IMG/VR virus record: IMGVR_UViG_3300038974_000542
Location: 20,004-84,003 of that record
Length of the DNA stretch: 64,000 nt
From: a virus
Lineage: Duplodnaviria > Caudoviricetes
Strand: one strand, 5' to 3'
This document shows positions 10,821 to 23,800 of the stretch, one piece after another. Made by a program: the position numbers and the translations under genes. The notes under the pieces were generated by a model. That model was not told where the DNA came from and did no database searches. It saw only the letters and a list, made by a program, of their open reading frames with translations. The number at the start of each line of letters is the position of its first letter. Positions within the stretch are counted from its first letter, which is position 1.

Positions 10821-12452
10821 ATGAAGAAGTATAATAATAAAATTAGGAAGTTTACTACTGGAGGTAAGATTAATACTTATGTAGAGAATCCCTCCACAGA
10901 GTTAACCAAGAATGATATCATGATGGCACAGGCTGCTTATGAGGCATCTCAAGATCCATTAGTAGTGGGATTAAGTATAGCTTCAGCTCTAATGGGAACT
11001 GCTGGAGATATGCTACTTAATGCAGGAACTAAAAATTCAGGAAGTAAAGGTTATAGTGATACATTTTCAAATATATCTCCTATAGAACCAGGCTTATTAG
11101 ATACAGATAATTCTATAATGGAGAGAATTAAAAACTTAAACATAATAAATCCAATTAAAGCTGCTAATGGTGGTACTATACATATAAAGCCAGAGAATAG
11201 AGGAAAATTTACAGAGTATTGTGGTGGGAAGGTTACTGCTGAATGTATAGCTAGAGGTAAAAGAAGTCCTAATCCTAAAATAAGGAAGAGGGCAATCTTT
11301 GCTGAAAATGCCAGAGAATGGAATAAAAAAGCTTTAGGTGGTGAAGTACCAGTAGAAGTTGAAGGTGGAGAAGTAGCCGAAACTCCTTTTGGTGATATAT
11401 TAGACTTTGTAGGTCCAGATCATAATAATGGTGGAATAAAAACATTGTTACAGCCTGGAACTGAGATATACTCAGATAGGATTAAAGTAGGAGGTAAGAC
11501 TATGGCAGAAAGAAAAAAGGCAAGAGAAAGAAAAGAGTCTAAATTTCAAAAGCTGTCAGATAAAGGAGATGGTGTAGGAAAAAATACTCTTAATAGAGTA
11601 CAAGCTGCCAACTATGCTGAAGATGTAGCCGATAGAAAAATACAGAATATTATATCTATTATAGATAATACTAAAAAAGATATACAGAAAATGGCTAATG
11701 GTGGAGAAGTAGATTTTAATGTAGCTTTAGGTGATATTCTTGGTATGGCTGGAAATTTATATCAATCCATAGCACCCTATTTTAATACTCAGAGAAGTAG
11801 GGCTACAGACACTCCCAATATCAATCCTTATGAAGGTTTTGGTGAAGATGCTTTAAGAGCTAATGATCAAGCCAGAGCTATTGCACAATCACTATTGGAT
11901 TCACAACTTCAAGGTTTGGAATCTTCTGCTATTTCTGCAAGAAAAACAGCAAGAAATTCAGCTACTGGAATTAATACCCAAAGAGCTTTAGATTTAGCTA
12001 TAGAATCAAACAAAAATAAATCTGAAAGAGATATATATAATAACTTCGCTTCTCAATTGATTAATCTTCTATCTTCAAGAAGTGCACTTGAAAATCAACA
12101 AGATTTCTATCAGATGCAAGGTAGGGGTATTCAAGACATTGCTAATAGACAAGATAAGGATGCTTACTTTACTCAACTTGGTCAAGACAAAGTTAGTATG
12201 GGTAAGGGTATTGCTCAAACTGGAAAATCTCTCAATAATATAAAAGAAAGAAATACTACAGAGAACCTATTAAATGCTCTATATCAATATACAGGAGTTG
12301 ATTCTATGAGTGGTATTCTTGTAGGAAAAGGAAATAAAGATTTAGCAATATCTCTTATCAATAATGGTAAATGGAAGGAAGTAAAAAATCCTAAAACAGG
12401 AAAACCTTTTGATAATCTTTATGAATATCAGAAATACTTTAATATAAAATAG
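10821..12452 (+). CDS. Virion cargo/ejection protein
   Basis: Contains GG-repeat segments, IHIKPENRGKFT, VEVEGGE and GPDHNNGGI; lies between muzzle and vRNAP genes. Confidence 0.55.
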   Translation: MKKYNNKIRKFTTGGKINTYVENPSTELTKNDIMMAQAAYEASQDPLVVGLSIASALMGTAGDMLLNAGTKNSGSKGYSDTFSNISPIEPGLLDTDNSIMERIKNLNIINPIKAANGGTIHIKPENRGKFTEYCGGKVTAECIARGKRSPNPKIRKRAIFAENAREWNKKALGGEVPVEVEGGEVAETPFGDILDFVGPDHNNGGIKTLLQPGTEIYSDRIKVGGKTMAERKKARERKESKFQKLSDKGDGVGKNTLNRVQAANYAEDVADRKIQNIISIIDNTKKDIQKMANGGEVDFNVALGDILGMAGNLYQSIAPYFNTQRSRATDTPNINPYEGFGEDALRANDQARAIAQSLLDSQLQGLESSAISARKTARNSATGINTQRALDLAIESNKNKSERDIYNNFASQLINLLSSRSALENQQDFYQMQGRGIQDIANRQDKDAYFTQLGQDKVSMGKGIAQTGKSLNNIKERNTTENLLNALYQYTGVDSMSGILVGKGNKDLAISLINNGKWKEVKNPKTGKPFDNLYEYQKYFNIK

Positions 12453-12454
12453 CT

Positions 12455-14848
12455 ATGGCAAGATTCTATGAAACATCTGTACCAGAGTTTGTTGAAGACT
12501 TTATATACCAACCTCCTTGGGAACTTGCACAAGAAGTAATGAAGACAAATGAAGAAGGTATTCAGAATACTCTTGGTGCTGCTTCTCTACTGCAAAATAT
12601 CGATATTAACTATATTCCAGATCCTGTTGAAAAAGCAAAAGTAGAAGAACTCCAGAAAAAATATGGAGATGCTGCTTCTTCTCTTGCTACAAATCTTCAA
12701 ATAGGTTTACAGAATAATCCACAAGCCTGGAGAAAGACCTTGCCTGAATTGTCTAATTTAAGTTCTGAGCTTAGTAGGGATATAAAGTCTGGGGAAATAG
12801 CAAAGATTACTCAATCCTATAATAATTATACAAAATGGCTTGAGGACAATAAAGATATAAAAGAGAAAGATCCTATTTTATATAATGCTGCTCAGAATGC
12901 ACTTATGAGAGAATGGCAGAAAAATCCTAATAGATCTCAAGATGCTGTTTGGCAAGGGGTTGATCTTGTGGACTTTGATATTCATTCTAAAGATATTATG
13001 GAAGGACTAAAGAATTTTGAGGCCGATATTCAAACTCAGATTGCAAATGGCTACATAGTTCAAGATAAATTTCTTACAAAAGATAAAGTAATTCAAGCTT
13101 ACATGGATAGAGTTTTAACAGACCCAAAAGCAAGAGCTTATTTACAGCAAGCTGTAGCCTTTAGAGTTCCTGGATTTGTGGATGAAGAAGGTAATCCCTT
13201 AAGTATTATGATACCTGTAAATACAAAAACAGGAGAAACTTTATCCAGTGAAGAATATCAGAAAGAAATTGAAAGATATAATTCAATGACTCCTAAAGAA
13301 AGAGCTGAGAAAGGTTTATCTGAGGATACATATTCAGTAGTACTTAATCCAAAACATACTTGGGCTCAAGCTTTTGAAGGTTATGGAAGTCAAAGAAGTT
13401 TTAGTCAGACAACTGTAAAGACAGATGCTACTTATAATGCAGCTATGAATAGAGCTTGGCAAAAAGAAAGATTTTATGTTGAAATGGCTTTTAAAGAAAA
13501 AGGTCTAGATTTAAAAAAGGAAGCTGAAAAAACAAAAGAACAGAAAGAGATAAGAAATGAAATAGATAAACAAAGAGATATTGTAGCTGCTTATGGACCT
13601 ACATCAAGTAAGGGAAAACTGGCTTTAGCTACAATAAACAGATTGGAAAAAGAGTCTTTAAACTTAAACCAATCTTCTGATATAACTGACTTAGAACCTT
13701 TTACAGCTGCTTTTTTTCCTAATTTGTCCTTAGAAGAAATTCATAAAAAACTGCTTAATAGTAATAAAGAAAAACCTACTTTACAGAGTCAACTCTTAAG
13801 AGCTTATGACAAAGGTATCTCGGAATCTGTCATAAAGGATATGAATATCTCTAAACCAGAACAGATAGCCCTGATAAATTATGTAAGTAATAATACAGAT
13901 GGGAGTAAAAGAAGTATTAATGAATTAGCTTCTAGATGGTTAAAAAATCATGGCTATGAACCAAAAAGAGATGAAACTGTAGCTGAGTCAATCAGTACAA
14001 GAGTATCTGGTAAATTTATTCCAAAAGTACTTCCAACCACACAGCTTAATCAAGAAGAAGACTCCTATTCCAGTATGCTATCTCTGGTGAACGAATATTT
14101 TAAAAATAAAGAAGCTAAGATTCAGAAGATGAATACTGAACAACCTAAATTAACGGGTTATAGATTAACAGATGCAGGTAAAAATATCTTGAAAAATGAA
14201 TTTATATCTAACTCCAGTGCTTATTCTGTTATACCATTAGATATGGTAGATAATGGAAAAGTACCTAAGGATGTCAATCCAAAAGTTTTAGCTGAAAATG
14301 GGGATATTGAAGCAGTAGCTCCTAAAACTATATATAATCAGGGTACAATTATAGAATATAAGGGTAGACAATATCTTCTTGTAAATAATGGTACAGTAGA
14401 GGATGCTAACAATAAAAATTATAGTCTTTACAGTAAAACTGGAATGTACCTTAATAAAGAAGAAGAAGACAAAATGAAAATAAGAGGAAGAAACAGTATA
14501 GCACAAGCTGTAACAAGTATTATCTCAAGTTTAAATACAGAAGAAGGCACAGCTCTTATAGATAAAGATAATAATCCATATTATCAAATTGAATATCCTC
14601 TTGCAGGAGCTTCTGCTTTACAAATAAGACACTATCTTAATGACAGTTCTTATAGACTTTATGTATCTGGAGAGACAGAACCTTCTTATATTATAAAGAG
14701 AGAGGAAGGAGAAACACCAGAGAGTTACTTTCAAAGGCTACTTCCAGAAATGGAATGGGCTATAGAGAAATCTCTTGAATACTCAGAAAAAGAGTTTGAA
14801 ACAGCAGCCGATAGAGCTTTTAGCAATATAAAAAATAGTAGAAGATGA
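12455..14848 (+). CDS. Virion cargo/ejection protein
   Basis: 797-aa helical protein directly upstream of the vRNAP gene; N-terminal FIYQPPWEL. Confidence 0.5.
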   Translation: MARFYETSVPEFVEDFIYQPPWELAQEVMKTNEEGIQNTLGAASLLQNIDINYIPDPVEKAKVEELQKKYGDAASSLATNLQIGLQNNPQAWRKTLPELSNLSSELSRDIKSGEIAKITQSYNNYTKWLEDNKDIKEKDPILYNAAQNALMREWQKNPNRSQDAVWQGVDLVDFDIHSKDIMEGLKNFEADIQTQIANGYIVQDKFLTKDKVIQAYMDRVLTDPKARAYLQQAVAFRVPGFVDEEGNPLSIMIPVNTKTGETLSSEEYQKEIERYNSMTPKERAEKGLSEDTYSVVLNPKHTWAQAFEGYGSQRSFSQTTVKTDATYNAAMNRAWQKERFYVEMAFKEKGLDLKKEAEKTKEQKEIRNEIDKQRDIVAAYGPTSSKGKLALATINRLEKESLNLNQSSDITDLEPFTAAFFPNLSLEEIHKKLLNSNKEKPTLQSQLLRAYDKGISESVIKDMNISKPEQIALINYVSNNTDGSKRSINELASRWLKNHGYEPKRDETVAESISTRVSGKFIPKVLPTTQLNQEEDSYSSMLSLVNEYFKNKEAKIQKMNTEQPKLTGYRLTDAGKNILKNEFISNSSAYSVIPLDMVDNGKVPKDVNPKVLAENGDIEAVAPKTIYNQGTIIEYKGRQYLLVNNGTVEDANNKNYSLYSKTGMYLNKEEEDKMKIRGRNSIAQAVTSIISSLNTEEGTALIDKDNNPYYQIEYPLAGASALQIRHYLNDSSYRLYVSGETEPSYIIKREEGETPESYFQRLLPEMEWAIEKSLEYSEKEFETAADRAFSNIKNSRR

Positions 14849-17800
14849 TAGAAAAAGATGGATTAAAAAATTATCTACAGAGTTTAAAAAGTTCAGAAGA
14901 TAATTATAAAGCTTTAGAACGTAGTAAAGATGTTCAAGACTTTATACAGCAAACAGATGAAGCTACATTAGAAACTCTTGGTATGCCTGTAAAGACAGGA
15001 GATATGTCTAAAAGGTATGCCAAATACTCTAATATTATAAGTCCATTTATTCCACAATCTGAGATGGAAAAACAAGCAGATATACTTCAAGGTACAGGAG
15101 AATCTTGGAGGAATGCTGTTATAGGTTTTGGAGCTAATACAGCTGCTGGATTTTTAGATGCTCTTGGTGCTACTGTATCTCCAGATAAAATATCTAATAT
15201 GTTTCTTGGAAATACAGAGAAGGATTTTACAAATAGTCTTAGTAGAACTGCAAATAGTATCAGAGAGTGGTCTAATGAAAATATACCTATCTATAATGGA
15301 AATGAGAGCATGTGGACTTCTGCATATTGGGCAAATCAATTTTCTCAACTTGGAACTACTGCTGGAATTATAGGAGAAGGTTTTGTTGAACAAGGAGTAT
15401 TAGCTCTTACTACAGGTGGTTTTGGTAATGTTGTAGGTGCTGGTGCAACAGCTACTAAGGTAGCTAAACTTTTAAATAGAGTAAAAGCTTTAAATACAGC
15501 TAATAAGGTAAATAGAGCTGGTAATTATACTTTTGGTATGTATCAAGGGGTTAAAGAAGCTTATATAAATGGTCTTGAAAATCTCAACAATGTCTATCAG
15601 AATTATTTACAAAAAGGTTATTCTGATGAAGAAGCAAGAAGAGTTGCATCTGAAGCAGCTTCAAGAAGTTTTAAATATGAGATAGGACCTGTTATGTTTC
15701 TTAATGCTTTACAATGGGGAAGTATAGGAAGTAGATATAATCCATATTCAAGAAAAGCTGTAGGTGGTGGAATAAGTGGTTTTACAGAAAGTGTATTCAC
15801 TAAACTAGCACCAAAAACAACTTCTAAGGGAGTTAAAAAAGCAACAGATTGGGCTGGTAATATCTTATCTGAAGGTGTAGAAGAAGGTTTTCAGACTGCT
15901 GTACAAGGAATTTCTCAATATCAAGCTGATAAGGAGAGGAATCTTACAAAAGGTACTCCCTTATCTGACTATATATTTACTAAAGAACTTAGAGACTCTG
16001 TTATTGGGGGTATGATAGGTGGAGGTATGTTTAAAGCTCTTGGTTCAGTAAGAAGAGGTATTATAGATGGAAAAGATAGAAAAGCAGATGAAAGGTTTAT
16101 AGAGACTTTTATAGACACTACTGCTGAAAGAACAAAAGAGAATTTAAAGAAATTAGATGCAGCTGTAAAAAGTGGAGATACAAAAGCTGCTGAAGCCATA
16201 AAGAAACAAATGGGTTTTGATAATATTGAAGCTGCCCTCCTATTTGATTACATGAAGAATGATGAGAAGATGACTGCTTATAATGCTCAAGTTGATCAAC
16301 TTAAAGAAATATCAAGAATTATAAAAGAGGGGGATATTAGAGGTTTAGAACTTCTGGAACTTAGAAATGAGAAAGATGAAAATGGAGAAAACACCTTTGC
16401 TTATCTAAGAGATAATATAGATAGAATGATTTCTGATGCTGAACTTCAGAAGGAAAATCACATCAAGAATCTTCAACTTCAGATGGATTTAACTGGAGTA
16501 GAGAATTATGATTTAGCTGAGAGAACTACAAGACTTCAAATGATGCAAAATGAGAATAATAGAACTCTTGAAAAACGTAAAGAAAGTCTTGATAGTCTTT
16601 TTAATATAGAAAGAAATGCAACTAACAATGAGGATATTCTTGAATACAAAAAGTTACAGAGTCTCGTAACTGCTTATAATTCTACTACAACTAAATTTAG
16701 TAATCCTGAAATACAAAAAGAAGTAACTGAAGCCAAAGAAAGGATAGAAACTTTAGAAAGAGACAATCCTTCCTTTATGTTTGATGAGAAGGAATATGAA
16801 AATAAACAATTGATAGATGTTCAATCTGATATATTGAAGATAAGGGAAGCTAATTTTGAGATTAATAAGGATATTAAACAACTTACTACTAATCAAGGTA
16901 TTAATGAGTATAGGAGAGATCAGATAAGACAAAGTATCCTTGATTATGATCAGATTAATAGTACTACAAAACTCAATAGTATAAAGGAAACTCTTCAGAA
17001 AGATGAAGAGATAAATAAGTACTTCTCTAAGAAAGAAATAGAAAAGATAAGTAAAGGAATAGATAATAGAATATCTAAATTACAGTCTATAGAGAAAGCA
17101 CAAGCTGCTGAAAAATTAAGAAAAAATAATGAAGTTATTAAAACTAAAACAAAACCTATTATTACTCCTGAAGGTAAACTCAATACAGAAGTAGTTACAG
17201 ATGATAAAATACAGAAAGAGGTTCAAATAAATATTGATAAAATTGATAAAATCAGGAATAATACTTCTGTAGGAATTGTAGAAGATGCTAGATCTCTTAT
17301 AGAAAATAGCAAAGATATTCCTGAAGATAGTTTTGTTCTATTTCAAGAACAAGAAGAGAATATCTTTTTTGAAGCTCCAAGAGAGTTTAATGACAGAAAT
17401 TCTATTGTTAGAGGTAACATGAAGAAAGGTGCAACTAATTTCTTAAAAAGAAATAAGGATGCTACTTTAAAAGATTATATTACAGCTTTTATAAATACTC
17501 CTGGTGTAGAAGTAGGAGATGTAGAAGCTTTATATTACTATATTGCTGATGGTTATTATGAAGCTAAAGATCAGAGATATTCAGATAACAGAGAAGAAGT
17601 TGAGGAAGTATATAGAGATATTTTTGAACCTTTTAATGCTCTACAATTAATACAGGATAATATAAATTTAGTTCCTGAAACAAAACCAACACCTAGTGAA
17701 CAAGTTGAAATAGAAAAGAAGATAGATACCACAATTGTTGAAAAGCAAATAGAAAAAGCACAGCCAGTCAAAGTTGATAAAAATGGAAGAAATATATATT

Positions 17801-20800
17801 ATATTGGTCCTAAAATTGCAGTTCCTGCAATAAAAGTTCCTTTTCCTGGAAATCCCTATAATGTAGTCTATAATAAAACAAAGAGTGGTTCTACTGAAGT
17901 TCTTTTCATAAGAGATAAAGAAGCAGAAACTAAGGAAGTCTTAAGTGGGGCAGCTGGATTAGAAGCTACTAAAAGAGCTTTTATGATGAACCCATTTCTG
18001 GCAAAAGCAGGTGTTCCTATACAGGTATATATCCCACCATTACAAGAATTACTTGATGATTCTAAAGGTTTTATAGTTTCTACTTGGACAAGAAAAGGTA
18101 AAGATGGTCCTTTAGAGAAGGGTACTGAATCTTTTTCAATATGGTATAATAGAGAAAAAGAAAAATTTGAAAAAGAAAATCCAGGTAAAGAATTTATTGG
18201 TTCTGATAAATTTTTAGAAAAAGTCCCTATATTCTCTTATGTTGAGATTAATGGTGAAAGAGTACAGATAGGTTCTGCTATTCATGAAACTGCTTGGTGG
18301 AATGAACTTAATGTTGCTGATTTTAGAAACTCTGAAGATCTTAAGGCGGCTCTGAATTCTCCTAATGAAGAAGAGAGAGAGATAGCAAATCTTACAGCAA
18401 AATCAAGACAGCAAGCTGTAATTAATGAAGGAAGAGAACAAACACTTGAAGTTAGAAGAATTATATGGAATAATACAAATAAGGAAGATTGGAATGATGG
18501 TATAGGTACTCTGGTTAAAATGAAAATCAAAGAGGTAACAGATGGCTTCTCACTTAAGATAGATCCTAAAGAACCTAAGAGAAAAATTAGGGAAGCTAAT
18601 AATGATTTAAGACTTGGAATTATTTTAGTTGACAGCAATAAAAGTATCTCAGTAGCTTATGATTCAAAAAATGGAAAAGAAAGGTATATACCACAGAAAT
18701 ATATTTATAATCCTTCTGTACTTAGTGGAGATTATGTAGGATATGCTGTATCTCTTATTCCTTATGCTATACATGAAGATGGAAAACCTATGTATCTTGT
18801 TCAACTTGTAGATACAGGATATACTAATGCTCAGGAAACCTTAAAGTATCTTTATGATACGAGAGGTAAAATAAGACAGCTTAATCAGGATTATCAGACT
18901 GCAAGAGCAAGAAATAATATCCCTGCAATGCAAAAGCTTGAAAAACAGCTTAAAGATATTATGACTGTTGCAGGTTTCTCTGAAGAAAAGATAAACACTT
19001 ATTTTAAACTTGAGGATAAAGATGCAAGGTATAAAATTCTAAGAGATAATCTTCTAAGATTTTATCCTAAAGAGACTGAACAAGGCAATCTTAAAACATC
19101 TTTTGAAAAAGATAATATTAGTGGGGATATTGCTAATATTGTAGTCTTTGATGAACAGGGAAATCCTAAAGTATATAAACCTAATCCAGAAAGTCAGGAA
19201 TCCTCCTACGTTCAGATGCTAAAGGAAACTATTTATACTCAAAATGATTATATAGAAATAAGAGATTTAAGAAAAGAAGATCCAAATGCTACTATAAAAA
19301 TAGCTAATGCTCAACCTAGAGTACATCTTGTTTTTGATGAAGAGGTTACTACTGAAAAATTAGAATTCAAAAGAAAAGAACTTGAACAAAGACAACAAGA
19401 AGAAGCTGAAGAAAAAAAGGAGGAAAATCTTGTTGCCACTTCAGAAGAAATTATACAAGATTCCCCAAAGTTTGAACTTACTCCTGAAAGAAAATATACT
19501 ATTGTAAATCATCTTTTCAATAAAATACTCCAATCCTTTAAAGAAGATAAAACTTCAAGGAAGAATATTGCAATAGAAACAAGAAGAGCTATTGAAACTC
19601 ATCTTTCAGATTTAAAAGAAACCAATCCTGATTTATATAATGGTATTCTTGAGAATAAGGGTGAAATTTTAGGTCTTGGAGAATATAGAGATAAATCTCT
19701 CACTGTAAGAGAAGCCTTATTAAACCATTTTAATATGGAAACTCTTGAAGAAATGGATGATGTAGATTTAGATACAGAATCAGTTCTTGAAAAAGATCAT
19801 TCTAAAATTGCACAAGAATATGATGTAAAAACAAGTCTAAGCTCTAAGATAAAAAGAGTTTTCTCTGGAATACCTGTAAATGATAAGAATAGAAGAGGTG
19901 AATATATTGAAGGTATTACTGAATATATGGAACTTGATGATGTATTTTCTGCTTTACAGGATTTATTGTCTGATGTTCCAAATGATTTTACTGTACTTAA
20001 AGAGAGAGTAAGAGAGAGAATAAAATTAAATCCAGAAGAATTTGAATTCTTATCTTATATACAAGATATACTTGAAAATATTGATCCTCAACTTCAACAT
20101 GAAGTTCTTTTTAGACTTAATCAAACTAAGAATAGGATGTACTTTATTTATTCTAAAGAGAATAAAGGGAACTATGTATTACAAGTTTTAGATGCTAACA
20201 GCAGACATCCTTTTATTTTTACTAAGAATACTATACTTGAACAATTTAAGAATTCTGATATAGTAGAAAATCTTGGAAATGGTGAGTACTCTCTTAATAA
20301 AGAAAGAGCTCAAGAATTTATCAACATAGCAAATCTTATATCTAAATCTGGTAACATTGGCTATGAAACAATTAGAAACTTCTTTGCAACTGTAGGTATT
20401 TACGTTGAGGAAAGTACTTTAGAAGCTATGGATAAGAATGATCCTGGAGCTTTTAGAAACATAGTTAAGAATCTTACAGAGCAATTAAAAAAGAATGTCA
20501 TAGCATTAAAAGACTATACTAAACCTTTAAATTTTGATGAGAAAGTAGAAAATGTAGTTTTAAGAGAGAATAATAATTACTTGAATAACTTCATTGGAGA
20601 AATTATAAAATTTACTTTTAATGTTGATCAGTCAATGTATGTTGGTGGGAAAATAATTAATAGTTTTTCACAGCCAAATTTCTTTACTGAACAACTCAGA
20701 AAAATTTCTTCTTTGAAAGGTTCTGATTTAAGTCAAAATAATAAACATTTAATTAATAAGCTACTAAATAATGGTTATACAAAAAATAATCTTTTAGTAA

Positions 20801-23800
20801 AACTTATTACTCAAGTAGATGAGGAATTTGAAGAGCTTTTAAAAGAGTCAAAAGAAATTTTAGAAGAACTTAGTGTAGGATATACTTCTTTAGAAGTTTT
20901 AAAAAGAAAAGGTTTTAGAAGTAAGGACCAACAGATTACTGAACTTTCTCCCTCTGATTATGATACAGCTCTTATAGGATACTTTGGTAACATGGATAAG
21001 AAGTTATCTGCTACAGAGAAAGGTATACCTTTAAGAATGTCCTATATGACTTCCCCTACATTATCAGATTCTTCCCAGATGTTTTTGATGAAAACTGTAG
21101 TACTGGATTTAAATAGAAGTCATTTTAAAATATCTAACAGTAATATAGATAGTTATAATAATACAGTAGCCGAGATTCTATATGAACAGTTGGTACTTCC
21201 TGAACTTACAAGAATGATTGAAGTTAAGGGTACTGAAAGAGATACTGTTGAAAATCAATTATTCTATGGTGTTCCAGCACTTAATAGTATAACTACTGCT
21301 GATGGAAAGAATATTCTCTATTATATCAGAGAAAATGATTTTGATACTGAGGAGATGTTATCCAAGATTAAAGAAAACTTTGGAGAAGCAATTAATAATA
21401 TTATCAGAAACGTTGTAAAAAATGAAGTAGAAGAAAAACTTAAAATAGATTCTGATGGAAACTTTTCTGGTAATTGGGTAAAGAATGGTTTTATCTATAA
21501 AGAAAAAGATAAAGTAAAAGTAGAAGTTCTTGATACCAAATATCTTAACAGTAAAAATCCTGATGGTACACCTTTAAGTAAAGTAGAAACAGCTGCTTGG
21601 GAGTATGCTATAAACTATCTTGTTACACAAGCACAGATGCAAGCTTTATTTGCTGGAGATCCTGCCAATTATTCAAAAGCTAAAAGTAGTTTCTTTGAAA
21701 ATAAGGATGTTGCAGTACCTAAAACAGAGAATAATACAGCTGAAGAAAAACTGAAAGTTTATATTGGAATTGCAGAAGAGACTTCTATAAATCTCTCTAA
21801 AAGATTAAAGGCTTTAATATCTCCAGGAAACAGGATTGCATACTCTGCAAGTAAACAGTATATTCAGTTAATGTTGCAAGATAGCTCTTCTATATCAGAT
21901 GCTTATAAAGAATATTTAAAAGTATGGTATGGAAATATACCTTCTAATGATATGTCTATGGTTGATAGAGCCATTGAATTAAGTGAGAAAAAAAGAGATT
22001 TTGAAGGAAAACTTAATCCTACAGAAGTAGAAAAAAAAGAATACTTGGCAGATCTTATAGAACTCTCGGATATAAAGAAGGATTTATCAAAGAAATATCC
22101 TGAGGTATCTGGTTATCTGGAAAACATTGCTACTGATGCCCAAGAATATACTACTTGGAAAGAACATCTTGAAGTGGCTTATAATATGGGAAAAATTTCT
22201 GAAGAAGAGTATAATAATCTTAATAGAAAACTTACAGAGCAGTCAAAAGGAAATATTGAAGGTAATAGACTTTCTTCTGAAGAAAAATTTATATTTCAAC
22301 CTATGAAGCCATTACACTCTGGAATGTATTTCAGAGGTATGAATAATGGTAAAACATATCAGGAATTTGTATATGTAAAAACTTCTTCATTTCCATTAAT
22401 ACCTGAAATGACTAAAGATCTGAAGATAGATAATCTCCGTAAAAATATGGAGAGACTTGAAGAAACTAAAGGTCTTACAGTAAGAGCAGCTTATGAATCA
22501 GGTATTAAAGTAGGAAAAACCAAGACTTTAGCAAATACAAATCAACTTCTTGATAATGACAATGTTATTATTAGTGATAGTTTTTCTATATTAGATAGAG
22601 AGAATTTCTCTATACAACAAGAGAAACCTTTTAAAACTGATAAACATCTTGCTAATAATGAAAGAGATGAAATTGGTAGAGGTACTCAAATGGAAAAAAT
22701 ACTTCTATCTAATGGAATTAACAAAATATCAAGAAAGATATTCCCCAATATTTTTGGAAAAGAACTTCTTAGTAGATTAAATATTACTCCCGAAAATGAT
22801 AAAATATCTGGAGAAGATTTATACAAGATATATACAGATCTATCAATTACTGAGCAAAATCTCAAAAAAGACTTTTTCTTAAAATCTTTAGATGTAAATG
22901 AAAATGACTACCAGATAGGTTCTGTTAGTTCTATGGAAAAACTCCAAGCTGCTCTAAATAAAAGATTAACTAATAGACAGGATAAAGAGATTTTGGAGCT
23001 TAAGTATTTTGTAAAAGATGAAGAAGGAAATGGAAAATACTATACTAAAGATGAAATAGAAGCTTTTAACCTCAAACCAGTATCTGCTGAATTTACATTT
23101 CCAATCTGGTTATCTCCAAACTCAAGAAAGTTTGAGAGTGTATTAAACTCAATGATTACCAATGAGTTTATTAAACTTAAATTTCCTGGAAATTCTTCTC
23201 CTGTAGCCTCTGCAGAAGGTTTTGTATCTGTTAAAACTATAGAGGAACTTTCTCAAGAAGATGTTAATGGTATTGTATTTACAGACAGTTATAATGGTAA
23301 AGGACTTTTACCAGAAAGAGTTGAATATGGTATTGTAAAGCCAGCTCAAGTTCTTGTTGCTTCTAAGTTTAGAGTAAAAAGAAAAGTAAATGGGGAATAT
23401 ATTGAGGAGATAATTGATTTCAATACTCCTGAATACATAAATCCTGAGACTAAAAGAATAGATAACAGTAAACTTCCTCCTGAAGTAAGACAACTGTTCT
23501 CTTTTCGTATTCCTTCTTCTGCACACCAGTCAGGTTCTTTGATTGAAATTGTAGGATTTTTACCACATCATATGGGAGATCTTATGATTGTTCCTAAAGA
23601 ACATACAACTAAAATTGGAGAAGATTATGATATTGATGTAAGATATTCCTATAGTGGTAATTATGTAGTTAATGAAGACGGTTCTATAAGATTTCTAAGT
23701 GAAAAAGATGTACCTGTATACCCTAAAGAAGAGCTTGATAGAATATATAATGAATATAGAGATTACAAAGTTTCCTTAATTGAGTATATCAAAAAGAATA